From: Candidatus Binatus sp.
GTDB taxonomy: Bacteria > Desulfobacterota > Binatia > Binatales > Binataceae
Direction: 5' to 3'
NCBI RefSeq assembly: GCF_036567905.1
Contig: NZ_DATCTO010000047.1
Coordinates: 6,552 to 70,551 of the forward strand
DNA length: 64,000 nt
Shown here: positions 28,395-37,627 of the stretch, in pieces
Layout of the letters: the number at the start of each line of letters is the position of its first letter
Numbering within the stretch: position 1 is the stretch's first letter
Translations under genes and position numbers: made by a program
The notes under the pieces: generated by a model
The model's database searches: none
Told to the model about the DNA's origin: nothing
The model's input: only the letters and a program-made list of their open reading frames with translations

Positions 28395-30818
28395 ATGGAG
28401 TTGCAGAAGGGCGTGAGGCGGCGCGCGGACGCGCGGCGCTGGTTCGAACTCGAGCCGCCTGCACCCGAACGATTGCGACTGGAGACGTCGCCGCGCGTCT
28501 CGACCGTCGCCAGCTACGTGTTCACGCGCGCAGCCGAACGCTCGTGGGAAGTCCTCAATCAGCATATCGCTGAGCCGCAAGGGGCGGTGTTCTGGATCGG
28601 CGGCCCGGCAGGATGCGGCAAGACGCATTTCGTTGACTACGTAATCGCGCTGCAGCGGCGGGCCGGCGCGCTGGACGCGCAAAACATCCGGCGCCTGGTG
28701 TGCGGGCTCGAGCTGGCCGGGCGGGTGAGTGCGGCAGAAATCGAACTGCTCCTGCTGAGCGTTTTGGCCGAGCAAATCGGCGGCGACCCGCGCGCATCGG
28801 GCGATCTTTTCCGCCAGATGCGCGGTGCGGCGGCGTTGAACGTGGGGCTGGAGACCGCCGGGCGGACAGGAGTCAGGGCGGTAACGGTCGCCATAGATTT
28901 CGCAGCGTCGCAATGCGAGTCGGCGGCGGAATTCTTTAGAATGCTGGCTCAAGTTGCCGCGTCTTTCCGCCAGGTGAAGTTCACCGTGATCGCAGCCGGG
29001 CGCGCGACGGCTCCGGAAGCGGCGCGTGCGCTTGCGGTGGCGCCGCGCGACGCGAACGAGGAAACGATCATCGCGGTGCGGCGCGCGCGACGGTTGGTCG
29101 AAGATGCCGAGCTCGACCCCGCCGTCGCGTACGCGGGAATCGATACGGCGGGATTGCCGCCCGACGCGATTTTCCCGTTTCATCCGGTGGCACTGAGCGC
29201 GCTTCGAGCAATCGCCACCCGTCCCAATCCAGGTGCTGAAAGTTCCGATCCCGCAACGATCGTATCGCTGTCGCGCCTGGCGCGCGAAGTGTTGTCCTCG
29301 CCGAGCCTCGCCGGCGCCGGCCAGTCGCCGGCGCGGCTGATCTACCCACCCGACCTGACGATGAACGCGGTAATTTCAAGCCAGGTCAAGGCGCTCCTGG
29401 CTGAAACCGGGCGCGCCGCGTGGAAGATTGCGCGCGACCGGACCGCCGATCTGGACGGCTACGAGAAGGACCTCGCGCGCGAAATAATCGACTCGCTGAT
29501 CATGGAGAATGTGTGCGGCGGCACGGCGGCGCTGGCGATCGAAGAACTGCAGTCGCGAGTGCCGATGGTCGCGCGCGGCGGTACCGCCGATGAGCGCACG
29601 CTTGCGGCCGTGCGGGCGCTGTTGCGCCGATTGGAGGTCTCCACCGGCGGCGTCATCCGTTTCGAAACCGATGCGGCCCGGTTCGACCCGGAGGCCGCCG
29701 GCGCGCCGGAGCTCGCGGCGTTCAACGCGGCGCTCGAGCTGGCGCGGCGATTCGATCCGCGGCTTACGCTCGTGCGCGACCGCGACGGACTGGGCGCAAG
29801 CCTGAAACGGCTCGGAGCCGCGATGGCTGGCGCGGTCGAAGCGGCAATCCGCACGCGCAACCTGCTCGCGTCGGCGCTGGCGGAAGCGAACCTCGAGATA
29901 CCCGCGGCTAATCGCGCGGCGATCGCGGAATATATCGCGCTTGCGGAATCGGGCGCGGCGGCGATGCTCGAGGCGGCGGCCGATCGAGCGTATCTTGCGT
30001 CGGCCATCCGAATCGCCGGCGTGTACGAGGCGATCGCGGCCGCTTGCGACTCGATCCCGCGGATGCGCTCGATGCGCGAGTTTCTCACCGCGACGGGACT
30101 GCGCGCGGCGCCGGGCGAGGCCGGCTTATTGGAAGGCGCCTCGCGCGATTCGGCGGTCGTTTCCCTGGAGACCGAGTGCGAACTGCTCCGAGTCGAGCTT
30201 GGGCCGCGAATCCTGACGGGCCCGCCGCGCAGTCTGGACGCGTTGGAAGCACGCTTTCAAAAATTCAAATGGACGTACGTGCAGTGTTATCTGAGCGCGC
30301 ATGCGCGATGGCGCGTGAAGATGGAGCGGCTGGAGCTGGTCGCCGGCGACGCGCGGCGGTACTTCGACGCGCTCACCCGGCTCAACGCGATCGCCGCGCT
30401 GGGTCCCCCCGAAGGCGCGCATCTGGGGGCGCGGGTGGCGGAGCTAAGCGCGCGCGTGGTGCGATGCGAGCTTAAGGACGCAATCGCGCCCGAGACGACG
30501 CCGCGATGTTCGAGCTGCGGGTTTCAGCTGGGCGCGGCGTCGCCACAGGCGGAACTCGAGGAAGCGATGGAGGGGATTCGTCGCGCGCTCGAGATCAAAC
30601 TGGCAGCCCTGTCGCAAAGCATGATCGCGCGGCTGATTCGCATTCACGACCGCGAGCATCGCCTCGAAGGATTTCTGAAGATCACGCAAGCCGCGCAGAC
30701 TGACGCGCTGGTACGGGTGCTCGACGAAAAGCTCGCGCGATACCTGGCGCAGGTGCTCGACGAGAATGAGACGGCGGATCCGGGATCGCCTCGGCTTCGC
30801 AGGCTTCGCTCGAGATAA
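28395..30818 (+). CDS. large orphan P-loop NTPase-like protein, otherwise uncharacterised
   Basis: 807 aa. Walker A GGPAGCGKT (nt 28599-28625). Candidate Walker B VTVAIDFA. A long Ala/Arg/Leu-rich helical remainder. A single CxxC (PRCSSCGF, nt 30507-30518) near the C-terminus. Third-position GC bias is typical of the host genes. Confidence 0.7.
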   Translation: MELQKGVRRRADARRWFELEPPAPERLRLETSPRVSTVASYVFTRAAERSWEVLNQHIAEPQGAVFWIGGPAGCGKTHFVDYVIALQRRAGALDAQNIRRLVCGLELAGRVSAAEIELLLLSVLAEQIGGDPRASGDLFRQMRGAAALNVGLETAGRTGVRAVTVAIDFAASQCESAAEFFRMLAQVAASFRQVKFTVIAAGRATAPEAARALAVAPRDANEETIIAVRRARRLVEDAELDPAVAYAGIDTAGLPPDAIFPFHPVALSALRAIATRPNPGAESSDPATIVSLSRLAREVLSSPSLAGAGQSPARLIYPPDLTMNAVISSQVKALLAETGRAAWKIARDRTADLDGYEKDLAREIIDSLIMENVCGGTAALAIEELQSRVPMVARGGTADERTLAAVRALLRRLEVSTGGVIRFETDAARFDPEAAGAPELAAFNAALELARRFDPRLTLVRDRDGLGASLKRLGAAMAGAVEAAIRTRNLLASALAEANLEIPAANRAAIAEYIALAESGAAAMLEAAADRAYLASAIRIAGVYEAIAAACDSIPRMRSMREFLTATGLRAAPGEAGLLEGASRDSAVVSLETECELLRVELGPRILTGPPRSLDALEARFQKFKWTYVQCYLSAHARWRVKMERLELVAGDARRYFDALTRLNAIAALGPPEGAHLGARVAELSARVVRCELKDAIAPETTPRCSSCGFQLGAASPQAELEEAMEGIRRALEIKLAALSQSMIARLIRIHDREHRLEGFLKITQAAQTDALVRVLDEKLARYLAQVLDENETADPGSPRLRRLRSR

Positions 30819-30847
30819 AAACAAAAGGCGCGCGCGCGGGAGTTCGG

Positions 30848-31093
30848 CTAGCGAGCGCGGGCGTTGCGTCTTTTCGGTTGGCCGGGAGGAAACGCGCTCG
30901 CGCGTTTGCGGCGCGGGCGAACGTTGAGACGATCGAGCAGGCGGAAGTACGAATCGCGGACGATTTCGAGTCCCCACAGCAGGGTCAGACCCAACGCCCG
31001 GCCAACTGCGCCGGCGACTTCCTTGACCAGAGGAAGACCGCGCAGCGGCTGGAGGCGAAGCTCGACGCGGGCTTTATCTTCGACGGTTTCCAT
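30848..31093 (-). CDS. small hypothetical protein (81 aa, basic C-terminus)
   Basis: High GC3 consistent with coding sequence and an amphipathic/hydrophobic centre (ALGLTLLWGLEIV). There is no SD and no recognisable family. Convergent with the 807-aa gene, 29 bp apart. Confidence 0.4.
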   Translation of the reverse strand: METVEDKARVELRLQPLRGLPLVKEVAGAVGRALGLTLLWGLEIVRDSYFRLLDRLNVRPRRKRASAFPPGQPKRRNARAR

Positions 31094-31189
31094 CAGGGTT
31101 CAGAGTAAGTTGCAAGGCGCCCGGATGCAACCATCGCGCGGGCGCCTGGCAATACTGTTATCGCGTCGGCGGATCTCAGAACCAATCAA

Positions 31190-31990
31190 CTACGGCGACG
31201 GTGACGCGGCGGGCGCGGCCGGCGCGGCGCTCGCTGCGCTATCGTCTGGGGCAAGGACCGTGATCTTCACGTCGTCGAATTGCGCCTGCGAATCGTCGCG
31301 CGCCCAGAGTCCGACTTTGCCTTTGGCTATTTTGTGTTCGTCGAAATCGAAGATCATCTTGTCATCGTCGTAACACATGAAGTGCCCGCTCTGCACCGTG
31401 ACCTTGAGCCGGTACCAGGTGTCCTTGTCGGTCGGCACGACGCTCTGCTTGAGCGAGACGAGCTGCCCGTTGGTCATCCGCGACAGCGCGAAGTAATCGC
31501 TGGGGCATCCCGCAGAAAGCAGGTAGAAATTTTTGTCGTCAACGTAGCGGAAAATGAGACCGCCGGAGCAATCGAAGCGTCCGCCGGCAGATTTGAACTG
31601 AGCTTCGAGAGTAAAGTCGGAATACTCAGTCGGATCGGTTTGAATTGCCATTGGGTAATACTCGAGCGCGCTGGTCAGCGACTTGAGCAGACGGCCGGCG
31701 GGCAAGCCGAATGTATTGGGCTTGCTCGGCGCGCTCGGATCGGCAATCACCTGCCAATCGCCTTCAAGCGGTTTCCATCCCGCGGGCACTGCCCCGGCTT
31801 TGTCCTGATCGAAATCCCACACGTGAACTTCAGGGGTCGGCGTGGCGGTCGGCGTCAGGGTGGCGGTCGGTGTCGCGACCGCTTTCTTTTTTTGCCTTGA
31901 ATGAGCGGCAGGGCTGATGACCAGCACCGTCATTACTATGCCTGCTGCGACGACTGCGGCGCTTCGCAGCCAAGAATTTCCCGTCTTCAT
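31190..31990 (-). CDS. secreted concanavalin-A-like lectin/glucanase-fold protein (DUF1080/LamG-like)
   Basis: Signal peptide, Thr/Pro-rich linker TPTATLTPTATPTP, then W..LEGDWQV, DFTLEAQFK, GGLIFRY, TWYRLKVTV and GKVGLWARDDSQAQFDDVKI. Confidence 0.55.
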   Translation of the reverse strand: MKTGNSWLRSAAVVAAGIVMTVLVISPAAHSRQKKKAVATPTATLTPTATPTPEVHVWDFDQDKAGAVPAGWKPLEGDWQVIADPSAPSKPNTFGLPAGRLLKSLTSALEYYPMAIQTDPTEYSDFTLEAQFKSAGGRFDCSGGLIFRYVDDKNFYLLSAGCPSDYFALSRMTNGQLVSLKQSVVPTDKDTWYRLKVTVQSGHFMCYDDDKMIFDFDEHKIAKGKVGLWARDDSQAQFDDVKITVLAPDDSAASAAPAAPAASPSP

Positions 31991-32260
31991 CTATCCTCTC
32001 TCCGCCCCCGATGAGCTTTAGGGTCGTAATTCCCAATGTGGTGGATCGACCAGCCAGTCGGCGCGAGTTTCGCCAATGAATGGCGTTGCTGTCAAGCCGA
32101 CCCTTTTCAGTGAACGTGCAGGCCGCCCGATTGCTGGAATGCCCCAACAACATGAGCTTCGCGCCAAATAGCAATATGGAGACTCAGTTTCGCTTTTTCT
32201 TCGATTAGTAACTATTTGAGCTGATAGTCAGTTTATTGCATTGCAGGATGCGTCGATCGC

Positions 32261-32303
32261 TTGACTGAAGTGGGGCAGAGTGGGATGTTGTGGGACACTG
32301 GGG
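32261..32303 (+). promoter_or_regulatory. putative Pmra promoter (TTGACT at 32261) overlapped by an MraZ operator: GTGGG direct repeats at 10-bp spacing
   Basis: TGGGG at 32271, TGGGA at 32281 and TGGGA at 32291, each preceded by G. A fourth TGGGG at 32299 is off-phase. All lie immediately upstream of mraZ. Confidence 0.6.
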
Positions 32304-32313
32304 AGGAGACACG

Positions 32314-32763
32314 GTGTTCAACGGTCGGTTCGACCATTCGATCGATGAGAAAGGGAGGGTGAGTATCCCTGCCCGGTTTCGCGAAGTTCTCCAGCGCGAG
32401 AATCACGATCGTCTTTATATCACCAATTTCCCGTTCGACGGAGAGCGTTGCCTGGCGCTGTATCCGCCGAGTCAGTGGGAGACGCTCAACGCGCATCTGC
32501 GAACCAAGCCGAGATTCGATCCGCGGGTGCAGGTGTTCGAGACGCTGATCATCGGCGGAGCGCATGAGGTGCCCGTGGATCGGCAGGGACGGATTCTGAT
32601 TCCGCCCAAGCTGCGCGAATATGCGGCGCTCGATCGCGAGGTGACGTTTTCGGCGCGGCAGGATCATTTTCAACTTTGGGACAAGCAGATCCTCGAGAAG
32701 GTTTTGAAGGCCACCGAGGAGAAGATATTGGATCCGGAATTTTTTTCGAAGCTGGGTCTGTGA
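32314..32763 (+). CDS. mraZ: transcriptional regulator MraZ
   Basis: VFNGRFDHSIDEKGRVSIPARFREVL and a second DRQGRILIP repeat (two SpoVT/AbrB-like halves). GTG 32314 is preceded by GGAGGAG. The ATG at 32290 lies inside the operator. Confidence 0.85.
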   Translation: MFNGRFDHSIDEKGRVSIPARFREVLQRENHDRLYITNFPFDGERCLALYPPSQWETLNAHLRTKPRFDPRVQVFETLIIGGAHEVPVDRQGRILIPPKLREYAALDREVTFSARQDHFQLWDKQILEKVLKATEEKILDPEFFSKLGL

Positions 32764-32766
32764 CGA

Positions 32767-33690
32767 GTGATGAATCTGGCGGCGATACACGAAGACGACG
32801 CGGCGGACCGGAGGCATGTGCCGGTGATGGTGGAGGCGGTGTGCGGGCTGTTGTCCGCACACGGTCCGCTCGCGTTCGTCGACGTGACGGTCGGCACCGG
32901 AGGGCATGCCGAGGCGATGCTGCGCGCGACCGGGGCGCGGATGCTCGGGCTGGATCGCGACGGGGCGGCATTGGCAGTCGCGCGCGAGCGGCTGGCGCAG
33001 TTCGGCGATCGCGTGGTGCTGGAGCGGGCGGACTTCGGCGAAGTCGCGGCCGTGATGAAGCAACACGGCTTCGATGGCGCCGACGCGATGCTCGCCGACC
33101 TGGGCATGAGCAGCTACGCGCTCGACGATCCGCAGCGTGGCTTTTCATTTCGGCTCGACGGTCCGCTCGACATGCGGATGGATAATCGGCAGGCGATCCG
33201 CGCGCAAGACATCGTCAATGAAGAGAGCGCCGACGAGCTCGCGCGCATCATCTATGCCTACGGCGAGGAGCGGGCGTCGCGGCGGATAGCGAGGATGATC
33301 GTCGAGGCGCGCCGGCGCCGTCCGATCGAGACCACGGGCGAATTGCGCGCGATCGTCGAGCGCGCGCTGGGAGCGCATCGCCGCGGCGGAGCGCATCCTG
33401 CCACCCGCACCTTCCAGGCGCTTCGAATCGCGGTGAATCACGAGATGGAAAGTCTCGCGGCGCTGCTGCGCGACGGCCCGGCGATGCTGAATCCGGGCGG
33501 CCGGATGCTGGTTATTTCGTATCATTCGCTCGAAGACCGTCCGGTCAAGGAGCGCTTTCGGGAGTTGGTGCGCGCCGGTGGCTACACGGCGATTGCGCGC
33601 AAGGTGATCAAGCCGTCGTCGTCGGAAACTTCGCGCAATTCGCGCGCGCGCAGCGCAAAGGTCCGATGCATCGAACGGAGCGCACCATGA
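32767..33690 (+). CDS. rsmH: 16S rRNA (cytosine1402-N4)-methyltransferase RsmH
   Basis: HVPVMVEAV, VDVTVGTGGHA, ADLGMSSYALDDPQRGFSF, HPATRTFQALRIAVN, ISYHSLEDRPVK. Confidence 0.9.
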   Translation: MMNLAAIHEDDAADRRHVPVMVEAVCGLLSAHGPLAFVDVTVGTGGHAEAMLRATGARMLGLDRDGAALAVARERLAQFGDRVVLERADFGEVAAVMKQHGFDGADAMLADLGMSSYALDDPQRGFSFRLDGPLDMRMDNRQAIRAQDIVNEESADELARIIYAYGEERASRRIARMIVEARRRRPIETTGELRAIVERALGAHRRGGAHPATRTFQALRIAVNHEMESLAALLRDGPAMLNPGGRMLVISYHSLEDRPVKERFRELVRAGGYTAIARKVIKPSSSETSRNSRARSAKVRCIERSAP

Positions 33691-33974
33691 GCGCGCGGGT
33701 TAAGCCGACGCGGCGGCCGTCGAAGGCGGTGCCTGCGGTGCTGGGCGCGCTGATCGCGGTCGTGGGATTCGCGACGTTGATGATACGGCTGGAAGTGACG
33801 CGAGAAGGTTATCGACTTCCGGCGCTGCGCGATGAAATCGACAAGCTGCAGGACGCAAATCGCGCGCTGCGCCTGACCGCCGCGCAGCTCAGCTCGCACG
33901 ATCGCCTGCGCGCGCTCGCGCCGCAATATCATCTTGCGCCGCCCGGCCGCGGGCAGGTGGTGATGCTCCCGTGA
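33687..33974 (+). CDS. ftsL: cell division protein FtsL
   Basis: Small bitopic protein: a TM helix AVLGALIAVVGFATLMI followed by a coiled-coil segment. Positioned between rsmH and ftsI. ATG 33687 overlaps the rsmH stop. Confidence 0.6.
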   Translation: MSARVKPTRRPSKAVPAVLGALIAVVGFATLMIRLEVTREGYRLPALRDEIDKLQDANRALRLTAAQLSSHDRLRALAPQYHLAPPGRGQVVMLP

Positions 33975-36067
33975 ATACATCGTTCAAGCAGCGGCGCACT
34001 CGCATCGGAGCACTCACGCTCGCGCTGGCGGCGCTGTTCGGTCTCGCGGTAATCCGGCTGGTGGTGCTGGTGGCGATATATGGGCCGCGATTGAACTCGC
34101 TCGCCCGCCACGAACATACCGGAGAGACCGAACTCGCGGCGGTGCGCGGACCGATCGTCGATCGCAACGGCGAGCCGCTCGCGCTATCGGCCGAGACCCG
34201 GTCGGTTTACGCGCGGCCGCGCCGGGTGCTCGAGTCAAGCACCCGGGCCGAGCGGTTGAAGCTCGCGGCAGTCCTGATGATGCTGCCGATTTCGCTCGAA
34301 TCCAAGCTGAACAAGGACGCGCCGTTCGTCTGGCTCGAGCGTCGAATCTCGCCGGACAGGGCGCAGGCCGCGGAAGCGCTCGGAATCGACGGTATCGGCA
34401 CGATCAGCGAATACAAGCGGTTTTACCCGGAGAGCAACCTGGCCGCGTCGGTGGTGGGGTTGGCGGGGATGGATGGCCAGGGGCTCTCCGGGTTGGAGTT
34501 GCAATACGACAAGCTGGCGCGGGGCGAAGCGGTCGAGCTGAGCTTCTATCGTGACGCGCTCGGCCATCCGATTTTCGACAGCCCGCTGGCGCTCAAGGCG
34601 CCGGAGCCGGGCGCGCAGCTCGAGCTGACGATCGATTCGTCGATCCAATCGCTGGCCGAAGCCGAGTTGGCGGCGGAAGTAGTTCAGAGCGGCGCGAAGC
34701 GCGGCAGCGCAATTGTGCTCGATCCGTTTACCGGCGAAGTGATCGCGATGGCCAACGTCAGCGCCGGCGGAGCCGGCGTCCACGACCGTCTGCACAACCC
34801 GGCGGTGGAGGATGCGTTCGAGCCGGGCTCGACGATGAAGGGAGTTCTCGGCTCGATCGCGCTGGCCGATCACGCGATCACGCTCGATCGCCAATTCTAC
34901 TGCGAGGACGGTCACTTCACGATCGGCCGGCGCACCATCCACGATCACAGCCGTCACGGATGGCTCAATCTCGGCGGAATAATCGAAGTGTCGTCGAACA
35001 TCGGCGCGGCGAAGATCGCCTTGACGCTCGGCTCGGACCGCTACTACGAGGGACTGCGCGCATTTGGAATCGGATCGCGCACCGGAATCGATTTGCCCGG
35101 CGAAGCGTCGGGGCTGCTCAGCAAACCGGCCGGATGGAAAGAAATAGACCTTGCCAATCACGGTTTTGGGCAGGGCGTGGCGGTCACGCCGATTCAGCTC
35201 GCGGTGGCGTACGCGGCGATCGCCAACGGTGGAAATATCATCCGCCCGTACGTGGTGAGGGCTGCTTACGACGCGCAGGGCCGCGCGATTCTTACGCATA
35301 CGCCGCAAGTGCTCCATCGCGCGATTGCGCCCGATATCGCGCATCAGATGAACCTCCTGCTGCGCAACGTAGTGATGTCCGACGGCGGCACCGCGGCCAA
35401 GGCGCGGGTTGACGGGTTTATCGTGGCGGGCAAGACCGGCACGGCGCAGATGGTGAATCCGGAAAACGGCGCCTACTATCAGAATCGCCACGTGTCGTCG
35501 TTCGTGGGATTCTTGCCCGCCGACGATCCGCGCCTCCTGATCCTGGTGGCGTTGTACGATGTGGGCCACGAACATTTCGGCGGATTGATCGCGGCGCCGG
35601 TGTTCAGCGAAATCGCGCAGGGCGCGGTTCGTGATTTGAATATCACCGCGCCCAGTCAGCCCTACGATACAGCCGGCATGATCCCGATGCCCGATTTCGG
35701 CAAGGATTCGGCGGGCCGGAATTCGGACCCGAAGACCGCGGCTGCGGCGGCCGCCGAGGTGGACGACTATCTGCCCGTGCTGACGGGTTCGAAACTGACG
35801 CGGGCGACGCCCAATTTCGCGGGCTTAAGTCTCAGGCGTGCGATGGAGCTGGCGCGAATCTCGCGGGTCAACGTCGATGTGCATGGCGGCGGCTACGTGG
35901 TCGCGCAGGAGCCGGGCGCCGGCGCGCCGCTCAATCATTCGACGGTGAAACTGACGCTCGCGCCGATTGTCGCGGACAGTGAAGCCGGCGCGGCAATGGC
36001 CACGCAGTCCGGCGTCGTTCCCGCGTCGTATTTCAGCGCCGCCGGCGGGCTGGCCGGGCGAAAGTGA
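33971..36067 (+). CDS. ftsI: peptidoglycan D,D-transpeptidase FtsI (class B PBP) with C-terminal PASTA domain
   Basis: N-terminal TM helix, PBP dimerisation domain, and transpeptidase motifs (STMK in EPGSTMKG, SSN in EVSSNIG, KTGT in AGKTGTAQ). PASTA-like PNFAGLSLRRAMELA...VVAQEPGAGAPLNHSTVKLTL. Confidence 0.9.
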   Translation: MNTSFKQRRTRIGALTLALAALFGLAVIRLVVLVAIYGPRLNSLARHEHTGETELAAVRGPIVDRNGEPLALSAETRSVYARPRRVLESSTRAERLKLAAVLMMLPISLESKLNKDAPFVWLERRISPDRAQAAEALGIDGIGTISEYKRFYPESNLAASVVGLAGMDGQGLSGLELQYDKLARGEAVELSFYRDALGHPIFDSPLALKAPEPGAQLELTIDSSIQSLAEAELAAEVVQSGAKRGSAIVLDPFTGEVIAMANVSAGGAGVHDRLHNPAVEDAFEPGSTMKGVLGSIALADHAITLDRQFYCEDGHFTIGRRTIHDHSRHGWLNLGGIIEVSSNIGAAKIALTLGSDRYYEGLRAFGIGSRTGIDLPGEASGLLSKPAGWKEIDLANHGFGQGVAVTPIQLAVAYAAIANGGNIIRPYVVRAAYDAQGRAILTHTPQVLHRAIAPDIAHQMNLLLRNVVMSDGGTAAKARVDGFIVAGKTGTAQMVNPENGAYYQNRHVSSFVGFLPADDPRLLILVALYDVGHEHFGGLIAAPVFSEIAQGAVRDLNITAPSQPYDTAGMIPMPDFGKDSAGRNSDPKTAAAAAAEVDDYLPVLTGSKLTRATPNFAGLSLRRAMELARISRVNVDVHGGGYVVAQEPGAGAPLNHSTVKLTLAPIVADSEAGAAMATQSGVVPASYFSAAGGLAGRK

Positions 36068-36070
36068 AAA

Positions 36071-37609
36071 GTGAAACTTGGTGAATTGCTCAAAGGACTC
36101 GACCTCCGTCGAATCGACGGCGACCTGAACGTGGAAATCACGGGCCTCAGCTACGACTCGCGTCAGACGAGGCCCGGTCATCTGTACTTCTCGACCGCCC
36201 GCGACCCAAAGCGGAACCGGGCGAACATTGACGATGCATTAAACCGTGGGGCGCGCGCTGTGGTGGTTGGGGGATGGGATGGTGCAACGGCGCGCCCCGC
36301 GGTGACCCTGGTCGAGAGCGAGCGGCCGCGTCTGCTGATGGGCGCGGCCGCGTCGCGTTTCTTCGGTGCGCCGAGCGAGCGCGTCGATTTGATCGGCATC
36401 ACCGGAACCAGCGGCAAGACCACCACCAGCTACATCCTGGCGTCGATTTTCGAGGCGGCCGGCATGCCCGCCGGGATCATCGGCACGATTGGTATTTTCA
36501 TCGCCGGGATGAAAATCTACAGCGGACTCACCACGCCCGAGTCGATCGACTTCGAGTCGGCGCTGGCGCAAATGGAGCGCGAGGGCGTGCGGCACGCGGT
36601 CGCGGAAGTGTCGTCGATTGGCCTCGCCGAAGGGCGGGTCGATGCGCTGAGCTTTCGCGCGTGCATGTTCACCAACCTGGGCCGCGACCATCTCGACTAT
36701 CACGCGACGATCGAGGATTACTTCGCGGCGAAGCTGCGCCTGTTCACTGAGATACTGCCGCGCAGCCGGCGCGCAGACACCGTCGCGGTGGTGCGCGGCG
36801 ACGATCCGTTCGGCCAACGCGTGCTCGAATCGGTCAAGGGCTCGAAAATAAGCTTCGGGCTGGACCGCTCGCTCGACGTGCATCCCGAGAAATTCGACGC
36901 GGACTTGAGCGGACTTCGCGCGACGCTGTCGGTGCTCGGCAAAAAAATCGAAATCGATTCGCCGCTGATCGGCGAAATCAATTTGCTCAATATCCTGGGC
37001 GCGTCGGCTCTGTCGGCGGCCCTGGGTGTCGAATCAGGGGCGGTGGCGGATGGGGTGCGGCGATGCCCAGGGGCCCCCGGCAGACTCGAAGCGATACCGG
37101 CGAAACCCGGGGTCACGGTGCTGGTCGATTACGCGCACAAGCCCGACGCGTTGGAGGCGGTGCTGACGGCGCTCCGTCGCATCGGCGCGGGCAGGATCAT
37201 CTGCGTGTTTGGATGCGGCGGAGACCGCGACCGCGGCAAGCGGCCGATCATGGGTGAAATTGCGGGAAGGCTCGCCGATCTCCCGGTGCTGACCTCCGAC
37301 AATCCGCGCAGCGAAGATCCGATGGCGATAATTGCCGAGGTCGAGCAGGGATTGATCGCGGCGGGACGTGCGCGAATCGGCAGTCCGAAAAAACTTGAGA
37401 TTGCTTCGATGCGTGGCGGATATATCGTGGAGCCGGATCGGCGCAGCGCGATCGCTATCGCGCTCAGAATCGCGGCGGCGGGCGACGCGGTTTTGATCGC
37501 GGGCAAGGGGCACGAGGACTATCAGTTGGTGGCGGGGCGCGTACTCCCGTTCGACGATCGGGTCGTCGTCCGCGAGATTGCAGCGCAACTCGGCGGCGGG
37601 CAGAGTTGA
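36071..37609 (+). CDS. murE: UDP-N-acetylmuramoyl-L-alanyl-D-glutamate--2,6-diaminopimelate ligase MurE
   Basis: GITGTSGKTTT and the Mur ligase middle and C-terminal domains. A DNPR motif (LTSDNPRSEDP) indicates meso-DAP specificity. Confidence 0.9.
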   Translation: MKLGELLKGLDLRRIDGDLNVEITGLSYDSRQTRPGHLYFSTARDPKRNRANIDDALNRGARAVVVGGWDGATARPAVTLVESERPRLLMGAAASRFFGAPSERVDLIGITGTSGKTTTSYILASIFEAAGMPAGIIGTIGIFIAGMKIYSGLTTPESIDFESALAQMEREGVRHAVAEVSSIGLAEGRVDALSFRACMFTNLGRDHLDYHATIEDYFAAKLRLFTEILPRSRRADTVAVVRGDDPFGQRVLESVKGSKISFGLDRSLDVHPEKFDADLSGLRATLSVLGKKIEIDSPLIGEINLLNILGASALSAALGVESGAVADGVRRCPGAPGRLEAIPAKPGVTVLVDYAHKPDALEAVLTALRRIGAGRIICVFGCGGDRDRGKRPIMGEIAGRLADLPVLTSDNPRSEDPMAIIAEVEQGLIAAGRARIGSPKKLEIASMRGGYIVEPDRRSAIAIALRIAAAGDAVLIAGKGHEDYQLVAGRVLPFDDRVVVREIAAQLGGGQS

Positions 37610-37627
37610 TACTCGGCGAGCCCCGCG

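Noticed and set aside
30864-31373. + strand ORFs 30864..31373 and 30878..31108, which overlap the small minus-strand gene and the start of the lectin-fold gene.
   Set aside because: Their composition is low-complexity and Arg/Ser-rich, and their third-position GC is poorer than that of the minus-strand reading. They overlap a well-supported secreted-protein gene.
34235-35575. Long antisense or out-of-frame ORFs in the six-frame track. Examples: 984..1799(-), 6379..7500(-), 8927..9892(-), 10432..11412(-), 18074..19135(-), 21959..23149(+), 34235..35575(-), 42150..43496(-), 46588..47904(-), 48692..50461(+), 52813..53739(-).
   Set aside because: Each lies entirely inside a confidently identified gene on the other strand or frame. 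Their translations are Arg/Ala/Pro/Gly-rich low-complexity strings with no motifs. This is the expected by-product of stop-codon depletion in a roughly 65% GC genome.
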